Source of the DNA: Phycisphaerae bacterium
GTDB taxonomy: Bacteria > Planctomycetota > Phycisphaerae > UBA1845
Assembly: GCA_963666835.2 (NCBI GenBank)
Contig: CAXXGO010000006.1
Coordinates: 2,610,493-2,674,492, forward strand
Direction: 5' to 3'
Length of the DNA stretch: 64,000 nt
Shown: positions 38,850 to 49,075 of the stretch, piece by piece
Layout: each line of letters begins with the position of its first letter
Numbering within the stretch: the first letter of the stretch is position 1
Notes under the pieces: generated by a model
Seen by the model: the letters and a program-made list of their open reading frames with translations, nothing else
The model's database searches: none
What the model was told of the DNA's origin: nothing
Made by a program: the position numbers and the translations under genes

Positions 38850-39554
38850 TTGAGCGACCCCGAGCTAGTAGCCTGCGCGGCGAAGGCCGTAGGTCATGTG
38901 TTTACCGACCACGGTCTTCTCCGGACGTCATTGACGCACGCGTCGGTGGCGGATTCACGCCTGGAGAGCAATGAGCGCCTCGAGTTCCTGGGAGATTCGG
39001 TTCTCGGGCTTGTGGTGTGCGAAGAGCTCTATCACCGATTCGGCGAGTGGCTGGAAGGCGATCTGACCAAGGTGAAGTCCGTGGTGGTGTCGCGACGGCT
39101 CTGCGCGCAGATTGCCGACGAGGTCGGTCTGACGAACTTGTTGATTCTGGGCAACGGGATTGAGAGCCGTAGCCAATTGCCGACGTCGGTCAAGGCAGCC
39201 GTCTTCGAGGCGATGGTCGGAGCGCTGCTGGTGGACGGTGGGATCGAGTGTGCCAAGCGGTTCGTGCTGGAAGCGGTGTCGAGTCATATCGACGCGTACG
39301 CTACGTCCAATACGCACGACAACTACAAATCAGTGCTGCAACAGCACGCCCAGCGGCACATGTCCGCAACGCCCCAATATGAGACCCTGGACGAGCAGGG
39401 TCCGGATCACAGCAAGTGCTTCGAGGTTTGCGTGTCGATCAACGGGGAGCGTTTTCCCAGCGCCTGGGGGCCCAGCAAGAAAGAGGCGGAGCAGGAGGCG
39501 GCGAAACGAGCGCTCGGCAAGCTCGGGGTCCTGCCCCAGGACCGCGCCGAGTAG
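38850..39554 (+). CDS. rnc: Ribonuclease III
   Basis: 'NERLEFLGDSVLG' signature and a C-terminal dsRBD. Confidence 0.96.
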   Translation: MSDPELVACAAKAVGHVFTDHGLLRTSLTHASVADSRLESNERLEFLGDSVLGLVVCEELYHRFGEWLEGDLTKVKSVVVSRRLCAQIADEVGLTNLLILGNGIESRSQLPTSVKAAVFEAMVGALLVDGGIECAKRFVLEAVSSHIDAYATSNTHDNYKSVLQQHAQRHMSATPQYETLDEQGPDHSKCFEVCVSINGERFPSAWGPSKKEAEQEAAKRALGKLGVLPQDRAE

Positions 39555-39771
39555 GCCGGGGGGAAGGGGCGCCCGGTACTTCGGCAGGGCGTTTCTGCGG
39601 TGATTCGCGGCGGTTTTGCAGGACCCTTCCGGATCGCGACCACGCTAAGTGACTCGTATTCGTCACTACTTAAGCACCCGGTTCGGTTGTCCGACAGAAT
39701 CTTCGTGGAGATGAGGTCCCAAGTGCCGGATCCGGCACCCTTGCAGCACTCCCCGCTGGGAAACCGAATCG

Positions 39772-41034
39772 ATGAGACGGCCGCGAATTCAGGTGCTCTT
39801 GGATGACGCGGTACTGACACCCGACATGCACGGGGCTCTCGAGCAAATCGGAGCTCAGGTGGATTGTCTTTCTCTGCCGATCGGCACCTTTGCACCGCTC
39901 GATTCCCCGCACGACGCGCGGCTTGTGGTCACCAGCCAGGGTTATTCAGGGGTTCGCGCGAAACTGGCCGGCTTGGACGAGTGGCTCGAACATCAAGCCT
40001 GCGCGACTTTGGTGCTGGCCGAGCAACCGGGCGGCGGCGAGATGCCCGGCGAGGAACCGGCGGAGTATTGGACCGTCGAGTACGCGTCGAATCTCTCGCG
40101 CGACGATTTGGCCGGACGGCTGGCGGCGATGTGTGCGTTACGCGGTCCGATGGACCGGATGCGCCGCGAACTGGAGTTGCTCAGAAGTCGCGATGCCGAA
40201 TCGCGCAGGAGTCTGCGGCGGGTGGGGAATGAGCTGAAGCTCGCGGCGGCGATCCAGCATGATCTTCTTCCGTCGTCGATCCCGTCCGGCGAGGATCTGG
40301 AGATTCGGGTGCTATATAAACCAGCAGACGTCGTCAGCGGGGATATGTACGACCTGAAACGCCTGGACGATACGCTGCTGGCGATTTCCCTGGCCGATGC
40401 GTCCGGGCACGGGTTGGCGGCCGGGATGCTCTCGGCTTTCGCCAAGCGGTCCTTCGACGGTTGCGAGACTGTAAACGGGATTAACCGCCTGTTGGAACCG
40501 AACGATCTGCTCAAGCGGCTGAATCGCGAGCTGCTCAATACGCGTTTTCGCGAGTGCCAGTTTGTGGCGGCGTTGTACGCAATCTATGACGAGTCGACGC
40601 GTGTTGTCCGTTGGGCGCGCGGGGGAGTGCCGTATCCAATCCTTGTGCGGGACGGTGCTGCGCCGCGGCGAATCGCCAGCGACGGGCCCGTCGTTGGGGC
40701 ATGTCCAGGTGCCGAGTTCGAAGTGGTTGAGCTGCGACTGGACCCGGGTGACACGCTCGTTTTCCATACGGACGGTCTTGATGCGTTGATGCTTGATGGG
40801 CGGCGTGATCTGGGCTGCGACGAACTCGACCGGACGGAGTGGTTTATGGGGCTCGCTGACTTAGCCCTCGAGCAGAGCCTTAAGGAAGTGGAAAGCCGCC
40901 TGTCCTCGCGTAATCGCGAAGCCGGGGAAGTGGACGACACGACAATTGTCGCCCTTCACGTGCCCGCCGAAGTTCCGTCCTTCCTCCGAGGCGAAGACAT
41001 GCGGCCGGGGCTACTGTGCTCGGCGGCCGGCTAA
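39772..41034 (+). CDS. PP2C/SpoIIE (RsbU-like) Ser/Thr phosphatase with coiled coil
   Basis: 'A..IQ..LLP', 'VSGDMYD', 'ADASGHG', 'HTDGL', 'DDTT'. Confidence 0.88.
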   Translation: MRRPRIQVLLDDAVLTPDMHGALEQIGAQVDCLSLPIGTFAPLDSPHDARLVVTSQGYSGVRAKLAGLDEWLEHQACATLVLAEQPGGGEMPGEEPAEYWTVEYASNLSRDDLAGRLAAMCALRGPMDRMRRELELLRSRDAESRRSLRRVGNELKLAAAIQHDLLPSSIPSGEDLEIRVLYKPADVVSGDMYDLKRLDDTLLAISLADASGHGLAAGMLSAFAKRSFDGCETVNGINRLLEPNDLLKRLNRELLNTRFRECQFVAALYAIYDESTRVVRWARGGVPYPILVRDGAAPRRIASDGPVVGACPGAEFEVVELRLDPGDTLVFHTDGLDALMLDGRRDLGCDELDRTEWFMGLADLALEQSLKEVESRLSSRNREAGEVDDTTIVALHVPAEVPSFLRGEDMRPGLLCSAAG

Positions 41035-41038
41035 GCCG

Positions 41039-41773
41039 TCACGAAGCTGTATCCGATCCGTGACGTTTCTCCCATCTTTCTTCCGCTTCTGGTGGTCTTA
41101 TGTAAAGCGGAGCTAACTCGCGTGGCGGGGTGGTTTGCCCGGCTTCTGCGCGGGCGTGCCCGAGCCGGTACGCCACTTCCGCGCGAGGATGAGCCAGAGA
41201 CTCAGGTAATACCCGCAGTCCTATTTCTTCGACGACTTCCCGGTGGCAAAGCACGCCCTGGCCCATGACGGCGCAATCGGCAGGCTGTCCGCCCAGAAAT
41301 GCCGCGGGATCGGTTTCGCAAGCCGCGGCAAGCGGTTTGTAGGAGTTGCCGCACAATTCAAAGGTCGCGGCGTAGACTCGCCGGCGTTTCGCATCCAGGA
41401 TCACAGCCACCTGCGGCGGAGGATCTTCCAGAGTTGCGGCGTTCTGGGCAATGACCTCCAGGGACGGGACGCCGACGACGGAAGCACCGTTGGCGAGTCC
41501 GAGAATCCTGGCGGCTGTGATGCCGATGCGAAGTCCGGTGAAGCTCCCCGGCCCGATTGAGACGAAGACTCTGCGAACCTCGCCGGGGCTCACGGCGCTC
41601 TCCCGGCAGGTTGCATCGATGGTGGGCAGGAAGTCGGTGGCGTGCCTGCGGGGCCCGCTGAACGGGCGGGTTGCGATGACGGTTCGCCCGCGGCCGAGTG
41701 CGATACTGCCGTGGAGGCTCGAGGTTTCGAACGCGAGGGCATACGGCAAGTCGCTTCGTTGGCTATCGTCCAT
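41039..41773 (-). CDS. tsaB: tRNA threonylcarbamoyladenosine biosynthesis protein TsaB
   Basis: 'LAFETS', 'GPGSFTGLRIG', 'DAKRRRVY', 'PLYIR'. Confidence 0.93.
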   Translation of the reverse strand: MDDSQRSDLPYALAFETSSLHGSIALGRGRTVIATRPFSGPRRHATDFLPTIDATCRESAVSPGEVRRVFVSIGPGSFTGLRIGITAARILGLANGASVVGVPSLEVIAQNAATLEDPPPQVAVILDAKRRRVYAATFELCGNSYKPLAAACETDPAAFLGGQPADCAVMGQGVLCHREVVEEIGLRVLPESLAHPRAEVAYRLGHARAEAGQTTPPRELAPLYIRPPEAEERWEKRHGSDTAS

Positions 41774-42009
41774 GGTGGGGCGATGATACAAGTTTTCACA
41801 CGCGCGAGCACGTCGCCCGACCCTGCCCGGCGAATTCACTCCTGCAGCCCTTGATGGCGTCCACCGGGGATTGACGGGCAGTGAGTCCGGCCATAGAGTC
41901 GGTATCGCGTGTGGGCGCTTTTTCGGGGAGGGCGATTCCGGTGAGTCGTCCCATCCCGGGCGGTCAATCGTCGGTTCGTGCGGATGGATAGCTATTACAG
42001 GTAGCCAGT

Positions 42010-42834
42010 GTGTTTGCGGTCATTTCGGATATTCATGCGAATCTCGAGGCTCTCGAAGCCGTCTTTGAGGACGTGGACCGCCGGTCCGTTAAGCAGGTTT
42101 ACTGCTTGGGAGACATCGTCGGCTACGGTGCGAGTCCTGCCCAGTGTTTGGATCTGATTATCGATCGATGTGAGGCGGCGCTTTGCGGTAACCACGACCA
42201 GGCGGTTTTTTTCGAACCGACCAACTTCAATGTGGGGGCGGAGCGAGCGTCCTATTGGACGCGGCAGGTCTTCGAGGACGAACCGAACAAGGCGAAGCGG
42301 GATCGGCGATGGGAGACTCTGGGCAAGCTGCCCATCTTCTACGAAGCCAAGGGCCTGCTCATGGTCCACGCATCGCCCCGCCGGCCGGTGAACGAGTATC
42401 TTTTCCCGGAAGACGTCTACACGAGCCCCAGCAAGATTATGGAGAATTTCCGGCGGCTGGATACGCACCAGATGGCCTGCCTGGTGGGCCACACGCACGT
42501 GCCGGGCGTTTTCCTTGATGATCCTTGCTTCGATCCGCCGGATGAACTGCCGGAGATGAACATCTACTCGATCACGCCGGATGAGAAGGCAATCATCAAC
42601 GTCGGCAGTGTAGGCCAGCCGCGCGATCGGGATCCTCGGCTGTGCTATGTGGTGGTTTACGAGAAGGGTGAGGCGCCGGAAGGATACGATCCTCCGGAGG
42701 TCGAGGAGGACGAGTACTGCACCACACTCGAGTTCGTCCGGCTGGAGTACGATGTTGAGAAGGCCGCCCGCAAGATCCTCGACATCCCGGAGCTGGACGA
42801 TTTCTTGGGAACCCGGTTATACGAGGGACGGTAG
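42010..42834 (+). CDS. Metallophosphoesterase (calcineurin-like)
   Basis: 'SDIHAN', 'LGDIVGYG', 'GNHD', 'GHTH', 'NVGSVGQPRD'. Confidence 0.92.
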   Translation: MFAVISDIHANLEALEAVFEDVDRRSVKQVYCLGDIVGYGASPAQCLDLIIDRCEAALCGNHDQAVFFEPTNFNVGAERASYWTRQVFEDEPNKAKRDRRWETLGKLPIFYEAKGLLMVHASPRRPVNEYLFPEDVYTSPSKIMENFRRLDTHQMACLVGHTHVPGVFLDDPCFDPPDELPEMNIYSITPDEKAIINVGSVGQPRDRDPRLCYVVVYEKGEAPEGYDPPEVEEDEYCTTLEFVRLEYDVEKAARKILDIPELDDFLGTRLYEGR

Positions 42835-42931
42835 CACAACACCGCCCCGGCCGCGCATCCTCAACAGGCTGACCGCTGCCGCTGTTGCGGCGCGACCGCG
42901 CGAGTGAATCTCTAAATACAACGAAAGACAG

Positions 42932-45052
42932 ATGGATAAATCGGATACGCCCCGCAATCTGCTTCTTGCCATGGCCATCTTCTTTACGGTGCTGTGGATC
43001 GGTCCGCGTCTGCTTCCGGTGCCCTCGCCGACGCCGCCCAGCACCGGTGAGACGGTTACGGGGGCACAGCCCGTACCGCAAACTGCGCCTGTGGCTGCCG
43101 GAGCGCCGGCCGTTACCTCAATGGAGACGCCGCACAGGCCTGCGGATTCGCCGCCGGATAGCTCCGCCTACACTCTGGTGGAAGCGGACACCGCCCAGAC
43201 GTTTGCGATGGGATCCGCCGAGGCCAATGGCGTTGATGCTCATTACGCCGAGAGCCCGTTCCGAATGCGCCTGACGGTGTCCAACATTGGTGCTTCGGTG
43301 GAGTCGGCGACCATGACCGACCACGCGGAGGCCCCCGGGGAGGCTGCGCGATACCAACTTCTGGCTCCGGTGGTGGCAGGTGATGGCACGCAATACCGGT
43401 CACTGGCCATCGAGAAGATCAGGGTCGACGAGACGGATCTGTTGCTCCATGACAAGAAGTGGCACTCCGATGGGGTCAGGCCGTGCAAGACCGCATCCGG
43501 GGAAGAGGCGGAGTGTCTCGAGTTCTGGATAGAGGCGCAGTGGGAAGGTGAACCTCTGGTCAAGATCGTCCGCAGCTATACGCTGCCGACGCTGACCGTA
43601 GATTCCGGCCGCGAGGATCTGTATGCCGAGACCCGGGTGGAGAGTCTTGCGGATCGTGACGTGAAGGTGTTGCTGACCTACCGCGGAGGCGTGGGGGTGA
43701 AGCGAAGTCCGAGCGCCAGGATGTTGGACGAATACGTGGACTGGGGTATCTCGGCGGACGGACGGGTCGTCGGTCACCGCGAACAGTTCGCCAATGTCGC
43801 CAAGAAGGCTGCCACGGGGCGCAGACTGTATCCTGAGCCTGGTGAGCCGGGTGCGTTGCTCTCCTGGGCGGCGACGGCCAATACCTACTTTACATGCACA
43901 TTGGCGCCATTGAACGCGGACGGTTCGGACAACGCCAAGTACTTAGCGGCCGTGGATGCGGTTGATCTCGATGGCTCATCCGACACCACGGACGATGCCA
44001 CCGTGCGTTTTGTCGCGGGAGGAATGGATGTCAAGCAGGGGGCATCGCTTCGTTTTCCGGTAGCGATCTACCTGGGCCAGAAGAACGGCGATGCGTTTCG
44101 AACCGATCCGGAATACTCCCGGCGCAACTATTACTACCAGATCTCGCAGGGATTCGGGATATGTACGTTCACCTTCCTGGTCGAACTGATGATCTGGCTA
44201 TTGAACAGCCTGTTCTTCGTCGTACGCGACTTCGGCGTGGCTATTGTCATTCTCGTGATGGTGGTCCGCTTCCTGCTCCACCCGATTACGAAGAAGGGCC
44301 AGGTCAATATGGTCCGGATGCAGCACCGGATGCAGGAGCTGGCTCCGAAGATTGAGGAGGTCAAGAAGAAGTACGCCAACGACAAGGCCCGGATGAACCA
44401 GGAGATGATGAAACTGAACATCAACCCGGCCGGCCAGCTCTTCACCTGCCTGCCGATGATGATTCAGATGCCGATCTGGATTGCGCTGTACCTGAGCCTG
44501 AGCAACAACATCCTGATGAGGCACGAGGCGTGCGTGTTCCTACCGTGGATTCACGATCTCACGGCGCCGGACGCCTTGTATGTGTTTTCCGCGCCGATTG
44601 TGGTGCCGTTGTTTGGCTGGGTACTGCCCTCATTCAACTTACTGCCGATCTTCGTAGCCGTGTTCATGTACACCCAGCAGAAACTGCAGCCCAAACCCAC
44701 TCCGAACCCCAACGCTACCGAACAGCAGCGGCAGCAACAGGAGATGATGCAGAAGATGATGCCGATGATGAGCATTATGATGCTCATCATCTTCTATAAG
44801 ATGCCTGCGGGCCTTAACCTGTACATCATGTGCAGCTCGTTGTTCGGGACGATCGAGCAGAAACGGATCCGCCAGCATATCAAGGAGCGCGAGGCCGCCG
44901 GGACCTTGCATAAGAAGGACCCGCCGGACGGGCTGGCGGCAAAGCCTAAGAAGCCGGGCCGACTGGCGATGTATGTAGAACGTCTCCAGAAGGCTGCGGA
45001 AGAGGCTAAGAAGATGCCGACGCAGCGGCCGGGCAAGCGCCCGCGCCGGTGA
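42932..45052 (+). CDS. yidC: Membrane protein insertase YidC
   Basis: Large periplasmic domain; 'FGVAIVILV..VR..L.P', 'CLPMMIQMPIW.ALY', 'WIHDL..PD', 'PAGLNLY'. Confidence 0.94.
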   Translation: MDKSDTPRNLLLAMAIFFTVLWIGPRLLPVPSPTPPSTGETVTGAQPVPQTAPVAAGAPAVTSMETPHRPADSPPDSSAYTLVEADTAQTFAMGSAEANGVDAHYAESPFRMRLTVSNIGASVESATMTDHAEAPGEAARYQLLAPVVAGDGTQYRSLAIEKIRVDETDLLLHDKKWHSDGVRPCKTASGEEAECLEFWIEAQWEGEPLVKIVRSYTLPTLTVDSGREDLYAETRVESLADRDVKVLLTYRGGVGVKRSPSARMLDEYVDWGISADGRVVGHREQFANVAKKAATGRRLYPEPGEPGALLSWAATANTYFTCTLAPLNADGSDNAKYLAAVDAVDLDGSSDTTDDATVRFVAGGMDVKQGASLRFPVAIYLGQKNGDAFRTDPEYSRRNYYYQISQGFGICTFTFLVELMIWLLNSLFFVVRDFGVAIVILVMVVRFLLHPITKKGQVNMVRMQHRMQELAPKIEEVKKKYANDKARMNQEMMKLNINPAGQLFTCLPMMIQMPIWIALYLSLSNNILMRHEACVFLPWIHDLTAPDALYVFSAPIVVPLFGWVLPSFNLLPIFVAVFMYTQQKLQPKPTPNPNATEQQRQQQEMMQKMMPMMSIMMLIIFYKMPAGLNLYIMCSSLFGTIEQKRIRQHIKEREAAGTLHKKDPPDGLAAKPKKPGRLAMYVERLQKAAEEAKKMPTQRPGKRPRR

Positions 45053-45095
45053 TGGGATGAGGATTACCTCCGGCGGACCGCGACGATTCTCTGCG

Positions 45096-45917
45096 TTATT
45101 CGTCGGCGTTTGGATTCGAATCCGGTGCGCTGTCGGCCTTTTTTCTGAAGTTGCGGTGCCACCATCTGTCATAGTTGCGCACGGCGTCGGCGAAATCGTG
45201 GGCCGCATCTTCGGGTTCGCCGGTGACGGAATCTACTCTCTTATAGTAGCGTTCACGGTCCCGGCGGCCGACGACGACCTCTACATCCAGAGTCTGGTCT
45301 TTGCGCAAGACGGTCAGGGTCATTTTCGTGCCGGGGGGTTTCTGCCGGACTGATTCACCGAACTCGCGTGACGTCTCTTGCCGATTGGGCAGGCGTTCTA
45401 TTGGTTGGCCGTCCCGGGCGATAACGACGTCGGATTCGCGCAAGCCGGCGCGCTTAGCAGCGGTGTCGCTGAATACTCTTGATATTCGTATGCCGACATG
45501 TCCTTCCAGGATGCGGGGGTCATCGGCATGGGTTAACGGGGCGGCGTATTGCTCAATACCGAGGAACCCGTTCCGGTCGTATACGTGGTAGGACAGATAG
45601 GCTCTCAGCGCAATAGCCTCGATCCGCAGCCGCGTCTCCAGATCGTCTGCGCTTTGGTACGCCGCGCGCAGCTTGCCTAACGCCGGTGGGCCGATTTCGA
45701 TCAGCCGCGCGGTAGCCTCGCAACGATCATCGTAATAGGGTGAGCCCAACAGCGGGATCAATCGATTGATTTGAGCGGCGGTGGCGTCCTCCAGGGGGAG
45801 GGAGAATTCCCCGCCGTCAGGAGGCGGCGACGGCACCTCGATATTCGCCGCGGGAGGGGACGCACCGGCAACGATTGCCCAGAATAACGTCCACCACCCG
45901 ATCGTTGACGTATTCAT
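45096..45917 (-). CDS. Secreted PDZ-domain protein with N-terminal HEAT-like hairpin
   Basis: Signal peptide; 'GFLGI', 'AAKRAGLRESDVVIARDG'. Confidence 0.75.
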   Translation of the reverse strand: MNTSTIGWWTLFWAIVAGASPPAANIEVPSPPPDGGEFSLPLEDATAAQINRLIPLLGSPYYDDRCEATARLIEIGPPALGKLRAAYQSADDLETRLRIEAIALRAYLSYHVYDRNGFLGIEQYAAPLTHADDPRILEGHVGIRISRVFSDTAAKRAGLRESDVVIARDGQPIERLPNRQETSREFGESVRQKPPGTKMTLTVLRKDQTLDVEVVVGRRDRERYYKRVDSVTGEPEDAAHDFADAVRNYDRWWHRNFRKKADSAPDSNPNADE

Positions 45918-45944
45918 CGTTACCCCTGCCGGCGGCAATTGAGT

Positions 45945-47060
45945 CTACAGCAGACTGCAGAATTCGGAGCAGACGCGGTCCACGTCGCCTTCGGTTAGTT
46001 CGTGATGAAACGGCAACGCCACCGTGCGGCCGGTCAGCGCTTCGCATATTGGAAAGTCGCCGGGCCGATAGCCGAACCGTTCCGCGTAGAAGGGCTGCAG
46101 GTGGATCGGAGCGAAGTAGTTGCTGCAGCCGATGCCGCGCTCCTGCAATGTTTGCAGGATACGGTCCCGGTCCTCTTGGGTGTATTGATCGGCGAGCCGG
46201 ACAACCCAGACGAACCAGCTTACCTCGGCGTCAGCGTGGACTTCCTGCATCGTGATCCGGGACTCGTCGCGCAGCCGCTCCCGGTAAAGGGCGCATACCC
46301 GGTTGCGTTCCTCGACGATTTCCGCAAGGCGCTGCAACTGCGCGATGCCCAAGGCGCAGTTGATGTCGCTAAGACGGTAGTTATAGCCCAGCCGCGGATG
46401 GGCCAGCCAACCTCCGTTGGTATCGCGGCCCTGGTTGCGAAGAGAGCGGCACAGCCGGGCAAGTTCCGCGTCTCCCGTCACGATCATTCCGCCCTCGCCC
46501 GTGGTGATCTGCTTGTTCGGATAGAACCCGAATACGGATGCGTCACCGAATGAGCCGGCCGGCTTCCCCTGATAGCGGCTGCCCAGCGCTTCGCACGAAT
46601 CCTCGATTACTCGCAGCCCGTGCTGCTTTGCCGTCTCGATGATTCGATCCATTTCTGCGACCTGGCCGAAGACGTCTACGGCGATCACGGCTTTCGTTCT
46701 CGGGGTCACGGCCGCTTCGACCAAGTCCGGGTCGATGTTCCACGTGCCTGAGTCGATGTCTACGAAGACGGGTTTAGCTTCCTGTAACAAAACGCAGTTG
46801 GCGGAGGCGATGAACGAGAACGGGGTTGTGATGACCTCATCGCCCGGACCGATTTCCATGGCCTGCATCAACAGGTGTAGGCCGGCCGTTCCGCTGGAAC
46901 AGGCCACCGCGTGGTCTCGTTGGCAGTAGACGGCGAAATCGTCTTCAAAGGCCGGCAGTTTCGGGCCGAGACTCAGGTTCGAGCTGCGCAGCACTTCAAC
47001 TACGGCGTCGATCTCGGCTTGGGTGATGTTCGGTCGGGCCAAGGGGATGGAATCAGGCAT
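45945..47060 (-). CDS. DegT/DnrJ/EryC1/StrS sugar aminotransferase
   Basis: 'SSGTAGLH', 'IEDSCEALG', 'FYPNKQITTGEGG', 'GYNYRL'. Confidence 0.94.
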   Translation of the reverse strand: MPDSIPLARPNITQAEIDAVVEVLRSSNLSLGPKLPAFEDDFAVYCQRDHAVACSSGTAGLHLLMQAMEIGPGDEVITTPFSFIASANCVLLQEAKPVFVDIDSGTWNIDPDLVEAAVTPRTKAVIAVDVFGQVAEMDRIIETAKQHGLRVIEDSCEALGSRYQGKPAGSFGDASVFGFYPNKQITTGEGGMIVTGDAELARLCRSLRNQGRDTNGGWLAHPRLGYNYRLSDINCALGIAQLQRLAEIVEERNRVCALYRERLRDESRITMQEVHADAEVSWFVWVVRLADQYTQEDRDRILQTLQERGIGCSNYFAPIHLQPFYAERFGYRPGDFPICEALTGRTVALPFHHELTEGDVDRVCSEFCSLL

Positions 47061-47277
47061 AGGGTCCTCGTTACTGGTTGATTATACAGCGTGGCAATCT
47101 GCACCGGTCCGCATTATAGTATCGGTGCGCCAACGCCGATACGTTGTCGGCGGGTCTGCCGGCACGGTGCCGTGTCGCGGCGTCATAAGCGCTCGGGGCA
47201 GCCTCCTGCCACCCGGGCGATATCGGACCAGTATCTTAAAGGGCGCAGTTGTGGCAAAACCTACAGAGACATCCAGG

Positions 47278-48648
47278 ATGAAAAGGAAGCGTACGCCGAG
47301 CGGAAATCGCCGGCCGAATCGGCTACTGTTGTCCGATAAGGACTGGCTCGAAGCGATCGATAATAGGACGATTCGGGTCGGTATCGTTGGGATGGGCTAC
47401 GTCGGACTGCCCCTGATGCGCACTTTTTGCGGGGCAGGCTTCCGGTGCGTCGGGTTCGACGCGGATGAGGTCAAGGTAGATAAGCTCAATTCCGGGCGCA
47501 GCTACATTAAGCACCTGCCCTCTTCCGTGATCAAGAAGGTCCTGGCCGAGGGGCTCTTCGAGGCCAGCGACGATCCGTCGTTACTGCGCAAATGCGACGC
47601 GATTCTGGTTTGCGTGCCCACGCCCCTGACGAAGATGCGCGATCCGGACATGAGCTATGTCGACAGCACGATGCACCTTATTGCCGACAATCTGCGTCGC
47701 GGGCAGTTGGTTGTATTGGAGAGCACGACCTATCCGGGAACAAGCAACGAACTAGTCAAACCGATCCTCGAAAGCAGCGGGTTGAAGGCGGAGAAGGACT
47801 TCTTCCTCGCGTTCTCGCCCGAGCGTGAGGACCCGGGGCGGGTCGACTACACTACCGAGACCATCGCGAAGTTGGTCGGTGGCATCGGTCCACAGAGCGG
47901 GAAGATCGCCACGGCGTTGTACGGGGCGGCTGTGAAGGAGGTCGTGCCCGTGTCGAGTTGCGAGGTGGCCGAAGCCGCCAAGATCCTCGAGAACGTCTAC
48001 CGGTGCGTGAACATTGCGATGATCAATGAGCTCAAGCTGCTCTTCGATCGAATGGGGATCGATGTGTGGGAGGTGATTCGGGCGGCGTCCACCAAGCCGT
48101 TTGGTTTTCAGGCTTTCTACCCGGGGCCGGGGCTGGGCGGGCACTGTATTCCGATAGACCCGTTTTACCTGACTTGGAAGGCCCGCCAGTATGATATGAG
48201 CACCCGGTTCATCGAGCTGGCCGGGGAGATCAACACTGCGATGCCCGAGTTTGTGGTCGCGAAAGTTGCCGAGGCGCTGAACACCAAGAAGAAGTCGGTA
48301 AACGGGTCCAAGATCCTGATTCTCGGCCTGGCCTACAAGAAGGACATAGATGACATCCGGGAGTCACCTTCTATTGCTCTGATAGAACTGCTCCGAGCCG
48401 GCGGGGCCAAGGTCGACTACAACGACCCGTATGTGAAACGCACTCCGCGCCAACGCGAACACAATCTCGGCATGGTCAGCAAGAACCTCACCGAGAAGAC
48501 GCTGGCGGGCTACGATTGCGTGGTTATCGCGACGGATCACTCCGCTTACGACTACGATTGGATCGTCAAGAACGCCAAGCTGGTGGTCGACTCGCGCAAT
48601 GCCACGCAGGATGTCGAGAACGGCCGGAGGAAGATCGTCAAAGCGTAG
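47278..48648 (+). CDS. Nucleotide-sugar dehydrogenase (UDP-N-acetylhexosamine 6-dehydrogenase type)
   Basis: 'GMGYVGLP', 'CVPTP', 'LESTTYPGT', 'GPGLGGHCIP', 'D.RESP'. Confidence 0.93.
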   Translation: MKRKRTPSGNRRPNRLLLSDKDWLEAIDNRTIRVGIVGMGYVGLPLMRTFCGAGFRCVGFDADEVKVDKLNSGRSYIKHLPSSVIKKVLAEGLFEASDDPSLLRKCDAILVCVPTPLTKMRDPDMSYVDSTMHLIADNLRRGQLVVLESTTYPGTSNELVKPILESSGLKAEKDFFLAFSPEREDPGRVDYTTETIAKLVGGIGPQSGKIATALYGAAVKEVVPVSSCEVAEAAKILENVYRCVNIAMINELKLLFDRMGIDVWEVIRAASTKPFGFQAFYPGPGLGGHCIPIDPFYLTWKARQYDMSTRFIELAGEINTAMPEFVVAKVAEALNTKKKSVNGSKILILGLAYKKDIDDIRESPSIALIELLRAGGAKVDYNDPYVKRTPRQREHNLGMVSKNLTEKTLAGYDCVVIATDHSAYDYDWIVKNAKLVVDSRNATQDVENGRRKIVKA

Positions 48649-49075
48649 GCTGCCGATTCCGGCATCGGTTCCGAACAAGTCGGCTGCAGTTCCTTCCCCT
48701 TCCCGCACAGGGGGGGGGCGAAGGGGCGTTCTGGTGGAGAAGGACCGGTCTTAGCGTCTGCCCGGTGCATGCTCTTTCACCACACGAAACGGAGTCCACC
48801 AGCCGTATTCAAGTCCGTCGATGATTGCCTTGTGCATGGTTATCGGTCTTTCGGTGTCTCCTCGGGCTTGCCGTTCGACGAACGGTCCGGGAAGACCGTC
48901 CCGCTAAGCGTGCGGGTCCTGGGGGATTGGGGAATTCGGTTTACCTGCTCTTACCCGCGGAATAGAATAGGCTGACCATCGGTAGGTCCGCGCGCCCGTC
49001 CACAGAGGGTCCGCGCGGCGCTGCTGTGACGGGGCTGGGAGAGGCGGATAACAGAGGAACAGGGGAGGGAAGCGC